Assembly: GCA_040954595.2 (NCBI GenBank)
Contig: CM082583.2
Span: 8,666,254-8,730,253 of the forward strand
Direction of reading: 5' to 3'
DNA: 64,000 bases
Source: Balanoglossus misakiensis
Taxonomy: Eukaryota; Animalia; Hemichordata
In this document: in pieces, positions 26,548 through 40,301 of the stretch
Layout of the letters: each line of letters begins with the position of its first letter
Numbering within the stretch: position 1 is the stretch's first letter
The notes under the pieces: generated by a model
The model's input: the letters and a program-made list of their open reading frames with translations, nothing else
What the model was told of the DNA's origin: nothing
Database searches by the model: none
Translations under genes and position numbers: made by a program

Positions 26548-29500
26548 TTTTATTTATTGTCCAAATTGATATACAAGAGTTAAAACAGGAAACCAATGCT
26601 CTGTAAACAAAAGGAAAACAAATTATGTGACTAGTCTCACGATTCAAGCTATTTATAAATTATTGACTCAGTTAGTCCTGGCATTTATCTACCTTCAATA
26701 ATCTCTGGGGTCATGGTGTTGAGGCAAAGCCTTCCCTCTATTCATGGAAAATGTACCCTCACCTCTTGTATCCAACATGATTTGAGAAATGAGGACACTG
26801 CCCTTGTTTCCCTAACAAATTAGACGGATCAGACCACAGTCTCTGTCCATGGAGAGAATGCGATTAGACTGAGAGACACGCCCTTTCAGGTCTTTGGATC
26901 AATACTGATAATAAAAGAATTATCAAATGGGTTGAATCACATGCACCCTATACATACATTTGTAGACATCTGTATCCTGGCTGAAACCAAACCACAGAAA
27001 AACTGATAATTACACACTTTCTTCTGGTGATTACAAGCAAACCTTACACTGAGTCAGGTATGTTTTCAAGGGGAAGCCTCTTCGTATTTAGATGTGCATG
27101 TATTTCAACTATTTGGTTGCAAATTTCACACCAATATTTGCTTTCCTGACTCCAATTTGCAACATACTCGTGACTTCATATTATGTGGTTGAGTCTAATC
27201 TCTCACAAAAAATATGCATGTTTAATAACAAAGGTTGGAATTATCTATCGATCTTGAATTCCATGTACCAGAGACTTGACTGGTGCTATCAAAGACACAA
27301 TCCCTGAGAAAACAAAAGATAGCCACACCTACTACATGCCCTCAATCCTCTTATAGAGTAAATAAACTCACTCCCTTTTGATTATTTTCCCAAGCTCTTA
27401 CATTCTCACCACAAAGGCATTTGTTCACTGCAAATCAGCCTTTCTGAGACTCAGCTACAATGACCACAATTTTCGCAATTAAGGTGCTTTCAGTTTTGTC
27501 TGATAATCTGATTACAGTCTTGTAACTTCTATCACTGATATTTGCATAAATTGATCATTGATCTGGACCTGATGTAAGTGATTACACCACGGTTACGTGA
27601 TTACACTAAGATAATTATGCAAAAACTGATTCAGTAAATTACATCAATTTTAAATTTGTTCCTTGAAGGCACCGAGTAAAGAAATAGGGAAGAGAAACAA
27701 CATATTATCTTCAACATTCACAGTCTTAGCCATCACATAAATCTCTCATAATTCGATCAAATTAACAGCCCCTTCAAAAGCCATTTCCCTCTTGGACATA
27801 CTGCTTCATTTATCATTTACATGGCAGGTGTTTGTGGGGAACTTTTGACTACAACAGAAATACACACTACTCTTTGGCTCAACCAACCATGACAGAAATG
27901 CTGACTACATCACAGATCAACACTATATTTCAGAGCCTGGTAACTACCACTATTGTTTCGAAATAGAATTTCCAATTAATTTCAATGGGGGGGGGGGGGG
28001 TATTCAACTCCCGACTGAACAGAAATTTACCATTCAACCATGGAGGTGCATGTACGTTGACCAGGCTACTTACAAATAATCATGAGTTATTGTATTTTAA
28101 TAAATTTATGTGAGTTGTTTATTTATCGAATAATCAACAATACATGTATAAGATTATCAGATAATACCGGTGTACTATTTCAATTTGTCAGTTTATTACC
28201 ATGACTATTGGTCATTTTCTGTACTTGGAGATCTAGCATGATTGCTTTTTGAATTTACCACCATCAAATTGTGGCAATTATATATCTCAGTGACCTACAT
28301 GTACATACAATTATGCAAAATCACCCTCAGTAAACATATTTTGCATTATTTATTATGACAATTATAGATCCTGACGATCAATGATGTATGCCGAATCTGA
28401 TATGCTCTCAAGGTTCAAATTACTGATGCGAAATACAAGCCTGTTCTCCCAAATCCCTACAGGATCGACATCGAAATTGCCAGTTATGCAATTTTTGAGG
28501 GTGTGGCTGCCCTGGGACATTGACCACAGTGCTTCAACACGCATCATTAGACCTGAGCCGACAACGCTAAAACGTTTTTCCGACATACGTTTTCACGCAC
28601 CCACTGAAAACATCAAATTGTCTTCACATCATTTACATAAATGAAGAGAGGACGTAATTATTTCTTATCTCGTTCCAGACCCAACCTTCTGACACTTCGA
28701 CACGGTCGCTATTCTCACGGGTATTAGTATCGTCGGTCCACATGGCTTCACTGAAGGCTGCCCGGTTATTCAACTCTTATCACACACAACAGTACAATAC
28801 ACATGTGCACTTTTTTTCCTGGCATTTACAATGCAGTCAATGAACCACAACACTGTAAATCCAGTGTTATACATTTCTTTTTTTATATGCAAAAGGATGG
28901 TACAAAAATTCATATTATAGCCACACCCTTTTTTCATTGGTCTTACAATTTAGCTAGAAATCAATCCTTTTTGTTAAAACTGGGGTAAAGTTGGTATATG
29001 TTAATGTGCATGTCAGTTTGGTTTCTTTGCAGTATATGAGTCATTGTATATAATGTTATGCGGTTAACTCCCAAAATGCTTCATCTCGAAATGATGAAGT
29101 AGTGTTATGACGCTCAAATTGTACAAAAAAATAACGAACAATCTATAATTTATTAAAATAATTTTATTTCTCCGAACCTGGTGACAGAAGCCCTGGAGAA
29201 ATAAACACTTTGCTGTACAGATGATACACAAAAATTGCATAAATGATTAATTATATTATTCTGTCAAGAGATAGTATTTTGCCCCCTTTAAATGGCATTA
29301 GAAAGCAGACAAGGCAAAACCGGCCAAGGTTCAATAACTTCCATCACTGTAGATACAGCCGCCTCTGGGCTCTGAACGCTGCTAAGTTCCTTCTCAGCAA
29401 GAATGCACCCACAAAAAGGGATTACATCAAAATCAATGAATGAACCATTGTACTGATAAGATACATAAATACAAGCAAGAGCACACCTCCACTGTTTCTG

Positions 29501-32500
29501 TGGAAGGCGATACTAATTTGACATACGGCAGGACCCTAGTCATCGCCTCTGCATTTGCAGATGGGGGCGACTGTTTCAAATCGGGCTGAATGCACTCTAT
29601 TGTGCGATGCCCAGACACAACATTCCTCTGCCCGACTTCAGACAGTTACTTCATGGGATTTCTGGCTCAGCCCCGCGACCTTGCTTGACCTCTCACACAT
29701 CTGCATCTGCGAAAGGATTGATTTCTGAGCCGTGAGTCACGGAGATCGAAGAAATCTGTCTTTGTACTTTCTTATATAGATCTACAGAATAAAAAGGGAT
29801 CTTTTTGTGCTTGAAATGGATTCGATTTTCATGTATTACCGTAATAACCACCGATTCTAGCAAAGACAAGACAATAACGGACATCAAACTGGACTGTTTT
29901 TCGTGAAATTTATTTGTGCTAATGGGCTATCTGATTTCACAATTTCCAGTAAAAATATTAAATATAATTTTATGTGCTGAACTCTCACAAAATAAAATTT
30001 GTTGTGATTGTAAAATTACAAGACCAGGCCTTTCAAGAACTTTTCTGATTAATATTTTTATATTTTATATGCCCACGTATTGGTAACTTGAGCTGGCGCA
30101 AAAACATCTAAAACTGAAACGTAAATATTAATGGCGAAAATAAACCTCAACAACGATGAGAGGAATTTCACTTCTTGAATTCACTTTACAGTTTACAGCA
30201 CCCACAATGCACCACTGTTTCTATTCCCCTGTGGTCTATGCCAAGGTCACTGACACAGCCCATGCAAGACAATGAACAATATTAATCAGTGCCCAACATT
30301 CCACAGGAAGACAGTCATTAACTGCTAAGAAAAATGAAAGCATAATTTGAATACTGGCATGCACAGTTTATTGATGTATATATGTGTACTGGTTCTGACA
30401 ATGTTTTCACTGTACAACACACAGTGCAAACACTGATTTTGATTTGAACACCCACAATGGAATGGAGCGACCCATAGCTTACAGCAGTCATTTATGCAAC
30501 TGGTAATAGAGGTTTGGGAGACAGACCTATTGTAGACAATGCAAATCTGCATGTGAATAAGGGCAACAGAGACATGTATCACCTGTGTAGGACATTGCTT
30601 TAATCTGATTGGTCAAGTACATGGCTGGCTCTGCTTTGCTATTGGCCAGCAAGAAGGCATTCAATCTATACATGCATGGGATTGGTCAAAAGCGATAGTT
30701 TTTGCATATTTAGATTATGTTCTGTCTCGTGGATGCCCTGTCAGCCATTTTCGTGTTTGCCACTGGTCAGGATAGACCTTGTCAACTTCTCTGATATTTC
30801 TGATACTGACTATAGGGATACTGAACGTTAACTTTGTGTCATAGTTTGACCATGGTTATAAGCTGCTCCCATGGAAACCACTACAGAAGCAGGTATGTAC
30901 AAAAGTTTCTCCAGCAGTGGCTACAAAACATGACAAAATAGAGAGCTGGTCTCACCGGAGAAGACACACTTCTATTGTTGAATGAGGTCACTTCTATTTC
31001 CATACAATATGTCAAATAATATCAACAGAAAGTCCCCCCCCCCCCCTCTACTGTCCATGTATACTGGATTCCAGATTAAAGAGTCTATATCTCCAATTGC
31101 AATGATGTTATTCCAGAAAAAGGCAGATAACAAATACAGCTGGGAAAATTACAATGGACCTGGGAATAAATTGCCTATATTCTCCACTAATTTGGGAATC
31201 ACAGAGATAATTACGTTGATTATGATTGATCGTAAGGCTGGAAAATGTCAGTGATTTTGATATAAGTCTGAAATTACGGTAAATAGGTCACTAGTGCCTC
31301 TACTGTCACTAGTGTCAGATCAGGAAAGGGCTCAGCGAGTGTTCATCCAATGTAAAATCATAGACCTCTTGAAAACTGATATCTCTGAGCACTGTACACA
31401 TAATGAACCTATCAGAGTGTATTGTTACCCAAAGCTGTGTGGAATAACTGTTCACTTTAGAAGCTTTTCAATGCTTCTAATAGTTGATAATGATATTTAT
31501 ATATGTATGACAGCTTTCAGTTCTTATGTCTGGGTCACTGGTTACTAAAATGGGATACATGTAACTTGTATGTCTGCTTGTTACAGGTTATACATCAACA
31601 GTAATGATGTTCATTTCATCTTTCTTGCCAGGCAATCAGTCCATATGATCATTACCAAAACTGCAATACACACGGACCGTGAACCTCCGGGACTTAACAG
31701 CTGAGTCAAGTCATTGGTAATAGCATCGGATACGGAAGTGGAGTAATGGTATTAGGAAAGAAGGACGCTGTGCACTGTAGTCTATGAAAGTATTTGTAAG
31801 TATTTGATTTTATTCCCCCCCCCCCCCCCCCCGATTTCGCCTGACTTCAGCTATGTCCATTTCATATATATTTACATGTCTCTCTTCGCACTCCACTTAG
31901 CGACTTGCGCTTTAGATTTCGGGCAGTTTATGTGTCTTGAGCTTAGGTATTAAAGTATGTTCATCGAATGCCGATCAGCATAATCCATATCCTGGATCCC
32001 AGTAGTTTGGCGACGATCGAGACAGGAATCAGCTGTCGCGCGCGTGGACCTCAACTCGGCGAATTCATTGCAACGCCCAGAAAAGGCTTTCATTCAGATT
32101 CATGGGTGAAAACCGATATGGCGTTTAAAATAGTAATCACAGTAGTCCTTGTGTGATTATACTTGTCTCAACATCCCGAAAGGCCGGTCGGGGTTTAAAT
32201 CCACACAACGTGAAGGTGTTGATCACTTTGTATTGGAAATCTAGAAGCTATTGTTTACACGTTCACACCTTGTTCTTGAACGTGTGAACGTCAAATCATC
32301 AGATACACGTCGACAAAAACAATACCAGCAACGGAACAGATCTGATGACTACTGACCCAAACTGTATAGAAAACACCCACTACCAACTACCGATACAAGC
32401 CACCAGTGTATTAGTAATTCGATCTACTACACCCTTTTTGCAAAAAAAGTTGTTCCGATCAGCCTCATGCAAACAAACTTTCCGGCGATATAAACCCCTC

Positions 32501-32536
32501 ATCAACAAATTATTCTCACACAGATCTCAACATTAC

Positions 32537-32710
32537 CTTATTCTTGATCTACATGTCGGTGATTCTGTACTGAATAAGTTGTCCACAGGTCCTCTAAAAC
32601 GAGGAAAATGAACTTATTCGGCCCTCCACAAGCGTCGATCGTAACACAACAACTCCACTCAGAATGTCAGAGTTCTTCTTGATGATCATGAAACCCCGGA
32701 AGTGACTTAC
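32537..32710 (-). promoter_or_regulatory. Probable Myo9 promoter and first non-coding exon
   Basis: Locally CpG-rich patch (~31.9-32.8 kb); ETS motif CCGGAAGTG at ~32696; minus-strand donor AAG|gtaatg at 32537. Coding exon 1 has an acceptor at 26600, so an upstream UTR exon is needed. Confidence 0.5.
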
Positions 32711-33479
32711 GACGGATGCAACTGAAAATTAGCATATAATTTAAATATCTCTCCCCTAACATATCACCGCCTGAGGCGCTGTTCAAAAGTTGAAAGGCAG
32801 TGCAGAGACAAAATATCTGGTGTATTTAAAGGTAAATCATGTAACATAGCATATATTTATTGTGTCATGTTTTAGGAGAAACTGCAGTCAAAATACTGAC
32901 CAAATATATATCAAAATAACAGGCAAAAGTCATGGCTTCAGTCAGAGATCTATATCGGTTTGCAATCAATTTTGAACCTAGCTGAAATTGTCCTGTCTCA
33001 ATAAAGTCTGTTGGGGGGATTCATCTGCCATCAGGATTTCATTCCGCAGAGACCTGTCGCCAGGCTAATTCCCCCCCCGACATGAAAGTCCGGCTGACTT
33101 AATGAGCTCTTGTTATTAATAAAAGCCCCATCCTGGAGGCTCTTCTGCTTTCCCAACACAATGCTCTCTCCACTCACTACGAGCACCATCAATTCTGCGG
33201 AAACACGACCACCAGATCAGTGCTATCGGCAGTCGCAAATCAAATCAACAGGGACACCAACAGTGAAGACGGTTGTGGAATAATCTCTGCTGTAAACCGC
33301 CATCGCGAGGAAACTGACATGCAATTTCAGCAAATCAGCGACACAGTTGTTGGCAGAATTTGCTGTCCAGGAAATTGACATATGTCGTAGTCGAGCAAGA
33401 AGCAGTCGTTCTAAATGCCAAGCCAGCAGGGGTGACTTGTAAACGTTCAAGAAGTACTACACACACAAATTGTGATTTT

Positions 33480-35038
33480 TAAAAACATTGAAGCACATTA
33501 TCTTTATTCTCCATGTCAGTGAAACATCCAGAAACCTTCCCCGGAAGGCACATCATCTCCAAAAAGGATTTGCTGAAGAGTTTTAGATTTTAACAGCTAT
33601 GAAAGGATTATACATGAGCAGATTGATTGAACAGAAATCTATAAACATCATCCATATATTAAACTGCATACACAAGTGTATAAATGTTCTTTTCATTTAA
33701 ATTTAATAACACGAACATACACATAGACATGAAGCATGCAAAAAATATCAAACTCTTGTGAAAATCATGTTTGGATATAACAAATACTATCAAACTTTGG
33801 ATTGCATTCTTAAAGCTTGAACACTGGCATTGGGGTGAAATACAGCTGTATGACATGAAAAAGCCACTGAACTACAAATACAAGGCAATTTATCTCTCGT
33901 AAAGTGCTGAAATTACCGCAAATTTGGCTATAAATTACAGCAGACTGCAATGCTTAAAGATACCACTGTGACAAATATGGCCACACTATTGAATATATTG
34001 AACAGAAATAGAACCCCATTGCTGTAAAGGGCTCTTAAATTTGCACCCAGAACTATACAGAAGCCATGTTGTTGATCACAATTTTTTTCTATGTACAATG
34101 CAGTGAAAATATTATTTAAACAGCAAAGTGAATAAATATGGAGATATATTTCTCATTTAATACAGAAAATTTATTTAAAGAACACATATTACTGTCGGAG
34201 ATTTTCAAGGGCTGCAATGCCAAAATATACATGCGTCAGTACAGATTAACAGTAAATTTTGATAAACTATTTCATGTATGAATTCTACATTTGATATTGA
34301 CAGTAATTGTCATCATCAAAGATACCTGTTTTACAAGTGCAGTTCACTTGAAGATGTCAAACATCAAGAAGAATAACTTGGATTAAAAAAATTATTTCTA
34401 GCATGAAATGCACTTCATAAAGATCACTCCATCAGTGTGATTGTTTTCTTTGCATTATCGTATTTGAATTGCATAATCACTATAAGGTGCTCAGAATCTA
34501 ACATGATAAAGTGAGGCTCATTATAATTTGCAGCGTAGTGTGAATGAGAGAGGATGGTTATTTGCCATACAAACAATGCAACAAGTGTCAGATAGATTAC
34601 ACTGGACTTAGACTAAAATAATACTTCACATAAATATTAAGTTTTCTGCAAAACCAAACAGCTTTGCGCTGTCGAGACTTTTACAGTTAGTTATTAATCT
34701 ATTTACAGTAATGTGAACAAAGAGACAAACTCAAGAATATTCACAGGTACTAACGCAAGTTTATGCTAATCAGTTTGTTACAAAAAAATCAAAACATATT
34801 TTCAAAATAATACTTGCTCCTTGGTTAGGACAACTGTCATGAATACATTAGCTTGCAGGGACAATCATAACTTTTTAGGGGGAGGTATTCTCTTATGGAA
34901 ATAAGGTCATTCAGATTCTGTTTACTGAAAATATCGTGGTAAATAATTTGTGTTCCACTTCCACTGGTTGCCGGGTGGGGCTAGACTTGACACATTCGTT
35001 TCCAGCAATAGGGAGCTTAACATTCTCTTGGTTCTGAC
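33480..35038 (-). other. FAM174 3' UTR exon
   Basis: Donor gtgagt at 35449-35454 just after the stop; acceptor ttttcctttgcag at 35039; AATAAA on minus strand at 33503-33508. Confidence 0.6.
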
Positions 35039-35473
35039 CTGCAAAGGAAAAAAAGCGATACATTGTTGTTATATTTTGAGCTGGTAAAAGGGCATCAGCA
35101 ACCTGGTCTATGTGAGGCACAGGAAGAGACAATGTGCATGTATTCTGATTAAAGGACCAGAAGAGTGAGAAGACCATTACACCAGGCTTTGCAAACGTCT
35201 GTCACCCCATAAGAGATTACCACAAAGTCTTTTGTCTAGGCACCATATGTCTCCAAAAGAGAATAAACATGTAGTATACTGCCATAATTAATGCATTACT
35301 ATTATTATAAAATGGAATAATAACAAAGAGTCCTTTAACAATTGTGCATTTTTAACAATAATATACATGTACCCAATAAAGTACAGATGAATTGATCTCT
35401 CAGAAGCCATTTTATATACATAATTACCTTACATTCAGTGTAAGCACTACTCACCGTAACTGTAGTATCACTT

Positions 35474-36729
35474 TTATCTCGTATTATTGACATCGAACAC
35501 TGTCATATCATCTTCCTCATCTTCTTGATCTAATGGCGCCATTTCCATATCACCCCCTGGCGTGGTCAGTACACCATACTTCTTTGATTTACTTCGTTTT
35601 CTCCTTAACCTTCAGAATAAAACAATATGAGTTAGAAGAATGCACAGATTTGGGGGGGGGGGGGGTCAATGGCATAAAATGAGATGGATCAGTACACAGA
35701 GTTGCTATGGTAGCCGACAGGTGTGTAACAAGCAGGACATGTTGATTACATCCATGTACATGCAGAAGAAATGCATTTGACCAGTAATGCCAAAATAAGC
35801 CTCATTTTGCAACAATTTCGTATCATCAGTGATCACACAATGCAGTTGCATAGGGGGGGGGGGGACAAGTCAATGTTTCTCCAAATTTACATGTCATCAA
35901 CCTTTAAACCCTGTGCCATGATCCTAACCATAGCAATCGTCATTTTGGTTGTTCTCCAGGCAATTACTGAAAGTGGGAGTCTGCACCCCTGGCACACAGC
36001 TATCTCCGAAGAACAGACTCGGCTGGAACACGGAAGATTAAGGGGAGACGGCGACGGTGTATCAACTCGAAGTTTGACCGGTCATTGTGTGTAGGCTATT
36101 AATAACTCCTGACATACTGATCACGGGGACACGTGTACAATTTACAACAAACTGAATTACAAATACAATAGAGTTCGGCAACTGTTGAGTGTTGTGATAC
36201 GTGGCCGGGCCTGGACTGTTTGCACGCAGCCCAACTTCCAGGCACTTTGAGCCGAATGTACCGTGCACATACAACCTACGGTAAATTTGATACCCTGAAC
36301 GAGGGAAAAACCGTAAAATTAAACAGAATCTTCCACAAGAAAAGTCGGCGCTTACCTCACGGCTCTGAATACGAAATAGACAACAACAATAGCTGTGACG
36401 CCGACCAACACGTACATCATCCGTTTCACGACATCAGAATTCGTGTTAAAGAGGTACGGGATGCCGCTGTTCGGGCTTTTCCCAGAAGGGTCTGTTTCGT
36501 TTTTTGACTTGTTAGTCTCATTATGTTTTGGCTGAATATTGTCATTTGCGTCATTCACTGACAAATTGTCCTGCTGTGCTTGTTGGTCTTCCGCCACCTC
36601 CTTTTTCACCTCAGGCGCCTCTGTGACTTCATTATCTCTCCGTGATATACTGTGAACTCCTGATCCAGCTTCCAAACAAGCTACAAGTAAAATCAACAAA
36701 GTTCCCAATACAATATAAAAGTTCTTCAT
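35474..36729 (-). CDS. FAM174: FAM174-family type I membrane protein, 169 aa (exons 36356-36729 and 35474-35609)
   Basis: Signal peptide, low-complexity luminal part, TM (RMMYVLVGVTAIVVVYFVFRAV), then LRRKRSKSKKYGVLTTPGGDMEMAPLDQEDEEDDMTVFDVN, the diagnostic FAM174 tail. Confidence 0.93.
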
Positions 36730-36794
36730 GTTTTTGGCTGAAAACTAGCTTTCCTTCGCGAAATGTAACATCACAAACCCAACATCCGTCGTGG

Positions 36795-36825
36795 AACTAA
36801 AAATGGCAGTTCCTGACGTCACCAG
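36795..36825 (-). promoter_or_regulatory. FAM174 proximal promoter motifs (CRE, YY1-like)
   Basis: Palindromic TGACGTCA at 36814-36821 and AAAATGGC at ~36800, 70-90 nt upstream of the ATG. Confidence 0.45.
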
Positions 36826-37334
36826 TTTTGCTCCCTAGTAGAATGTTTATTATCAATACGGCTCAGACATGTGTTTCCCTTTAAACTTGCGCTTCGGTAA
36901 AGACATTTCCTCTTGACTAGTTTATGGGCATCAGAAAACTGTCTAAATCAATTGAGGATGCAGAATGGCCAAACCAATAGATTGATGCAATGATCTTTTC
37001 CATCATGTTCACCCCCGGTGTTCACCATTAATAATTGTTTTCTGTTGCATATCAACTAGTTTCTCGCTGTAGGCCTAAACAAGCTAAATTACTGGGTAAA
37101 TAGTCAAAAATACATATACCACCATACGTCAATCATGTTCATCAGAAGGGCATACAGCAGCGAGTTGGGATAGTGCTCTCATGTAGCCGATAAAACGTCA
37201 CCATAAAAACAAAAGAATCCTCAGTAGATGGCAATTACTGCCATCACCGGCAAATGTTGCTTGATCTTTCTTCTTACAGAAAGCATGCGATGGCCACAAT
37301 TCATCTTGGCCTTCGTCGACAGAGAATATCCATT

Positions 37335-37336
<2 letters not shown>

Positions 37337-37430
<94 letters not shown>
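37337..37430. repeat. (GAT)n microsatellite
   Basis: About 31 perfect units. Confidence 0.97.
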
Positions 37431-37432
<2 letters not shown>

Positions 37433-40140
37433 ATGTCAAAAATAGTAAAGTTTTCAAGTATCAGACAACTGCGATTGTGGGTGTCCCATATAGGCCTAAA
37501 GATGGCCTATTGGACAGAAGAAAAACGTTAACACTTTAGATTTTGGCATTTTGAAATGTGAGCTTGAATGTGCTCAAGGGCTGAGAAAATTGTAAAATTA
37601 AACCCGGTGCAACCGTAAATTGCCGTACATTTTCAGAGGCAGTCGTTGTAATCGAAGGTAGATGGCGTGTACACCCGAAAAATACTAGTACACATCGTGT
37701 TCACTGCGCTGACAATATTGAAGTACAAGTCCGATCAATCGCCAAGGTGTGGTTCGATACGGTGTACATGTACTCTGTTGCCTTTGGCTTGCTCATTTCG
37801 ATCTTTGAATGAAATAATCGCCTTTTGAACGTCGATTCTTGAAGCGGAAATTCCCAAGGATTCCTCGCCCGCTTTTCCGCAATTAGCGAATTTTTTGGGG
37901 CGCTGGGAAAAGTATTTAATTCGCCAAGAGATGCCCCCTGGAACTATAGCGTGGAGTATTTTTCTTCAGAATCTGTATGATAGCTGAGATGTGTCAACCC
38001 GCAGGCTGTCCCCGGGCAATTGGGTCGATGATGATGGATCCACAGTATTGAAAATGTGTCGTGTCCTTCTACGGATGACATTAAAAAGAAGATCTGTGTT
38101 CCAATACATTCGATACAGTTGTGTTGTTGCCATGAGTCTGTACAAATCCCCGAGTTCGATAAGGAATTTAGAATTGAACGCTGTGTGTTGCCAATGGCCG
38201 GCGCTGGCGGCAAAGCACTCTTGAAGTCCCCCAGTAACTGACTCAAGGGAAATAATCTCTACTGGATCGAAATGGTGCCCCTTTAGGTGAATCGATTAAA
38301 ATAAGATTTGTTAGCTGTTGAAAAATCTTTCTTCAAAGTTTTTCTCTGGATCTATCTTATCCGTCGATCGGCACCGCCAAGCGAGCAAGCGGTCGATTCC
38401 TATACAAAACTGTTTTTTTTTTCCTGCGAAATAAAAACATACCATAGGCCTAATGGCTTTTCGTCTAGAAAAATCACTCTCGTACGAAATGATTTTCAAT
38501 CTCGGCTATTAGAGCAATGGAACGGATCCGCCATACTTAGCGAAAGATGGGGAGCAGTCCTGGAAGATAAACGTCAAGATCCCCGCGATTTTTTTTACAA
38601 AATCACACGGTGTCACACTTTTGCTGTACATTTGTCCGGTAGTAACCCATTTCCTCCTGCCAATCATACGCCTGATACGTCACGTTCAAGTATCACCCTT
38701 GACACTTCATTTTATTCCTGAAACTTTAATCTCTCTCCGGAGGAGCTCGATCTGCGCGAGAAAATAAATACGGGGTGCTCGGTTTATGCTACGGGCGTAA
38801 AAGTGTTTTTGTAGATTGATGCTGTTACAAATCCGTTCCAACCCGTATAATCAAAGGAAATCAGGTTAAGCGTTATTCAAAACTCGGTTTCCCTGCAAAT
38901 AGGTTGAGAAATAATTGGGTTAATGCAGTCATGTAGGGCAATGTTATTCGGCAATTAGAACAAACGTATCATTGAGATATCTCATCTTCAAATCAGAGAG
39001 TGAAACACCATGATAATAATATCGCCGAGTTGCACGTCCAGGCGAGCGAACAGGTGATTATTGATTTGATTATGGTTTTCTTTTGTCGATTGTGCGTCGT
39101 GCGCACCGTACCCGCTTGATTGAAATGCCACGCACACACCGAATATTTGTCGGGAACTCATGGTGTGCAACCCAAAAGTGGAAAGTATAAATTAATATTT
39201 CGACTTATTTTGTCCCGGAAACCTGCTGCGTCAGTGTGGCTTCATTAGATTCACAGGCATGCGTTTCCATGCTGCTTGCATGTATATTGCTAGGAGTCTA
39301 GTAAAACCCACACACACCTGTACAACAGCACATGTACAATGTGTGACGCTGTGATTGAGCGTTTCCTCGGTGATTCTGAACAAAATTGGGGTTTCCGCAG
39401 CCCACGGCGTGATAGTTGGATTAATATATGCCCGAACCATAGTTTTATGAGTATGTAAAAACAGTGTCACAGGTTCATGAAACACATGCAGTAGTTTGAC
39501 ACGTCGACGCGAATATACCTTCAAGTTGCTTCACGTATTTATTTCCCATATTGATCGTAAATTCGATGAAAGCGGTTTTATTTGTATGTTCAACATATCA
39601 AGACTCGCGAACAAAGCTTATTCCACCGTACCCTTTTTCAATCCTATTTATTTTAAAGATGGTCAGGTTCGTTCTTTTTTTCTTTCTTTTATTGGTCTGA
39701 AACCCCTGTCGTTCTCGTCAGACACATCTTCAGTCCGCTGTTGAAACGCTCTCGTCTCTTCACGACGACAAGAAGAGACCAATTTCCGAAAGTGGGATGG
39801 AAAACCCCCAAGAGCCAAGTTCATTCTCTGCATACACCGGAGATGCGCTTGCCTTCTGGTCACGGATCCACGTCACCGTTGACTGTTACTATCTTTGAAG
39901 CCAACGTCATGCATGATGACGTCTTGTGGTGATGATTAGGGTGTATATGCTCCGAGTAATTACTGGGTCGTGTCACGCCGGGAGGAAAATTAACCGTGAT
40001 ACAGAGTCGTTCACTTTCCAACTACGAAATGGCAGCCTCGAAATGTACAGCGCATGCATGGTAATATTAACATTCCAAAATTTTCGTGTACTTAGCAGCA
40101 TTTTTTAGGCTGAACATCAAAAATCGCAACAGAATTTTTT

Positions 40141-40231
40141 TATTCATTCATTCATTCATTCATTCATTCATTCATTCATTCATTCATTCATTCATTCATT
40201 CATTCATTCATTCATTCATTCATTCATTCAT

Positions 40232-40298
<67 letters not shown>

Positions 40299-40301
40299 TT
40301 T
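40141..40301. repeat. Compound (TTCA)n(TTTA)n microsatellite
   Basis: Direct reading. Confidence 0.97.

Noticed and set aside
25720-26583. Overlapping 104-167 aa ORFs
   Set aside because: Shadows of the GC-rich Myo9 exon 1.
37221-37531. Poly-His, poly-Met and poly-Asp ORFs
   Set aside because: Translations of the (GAT)n microsatellite.
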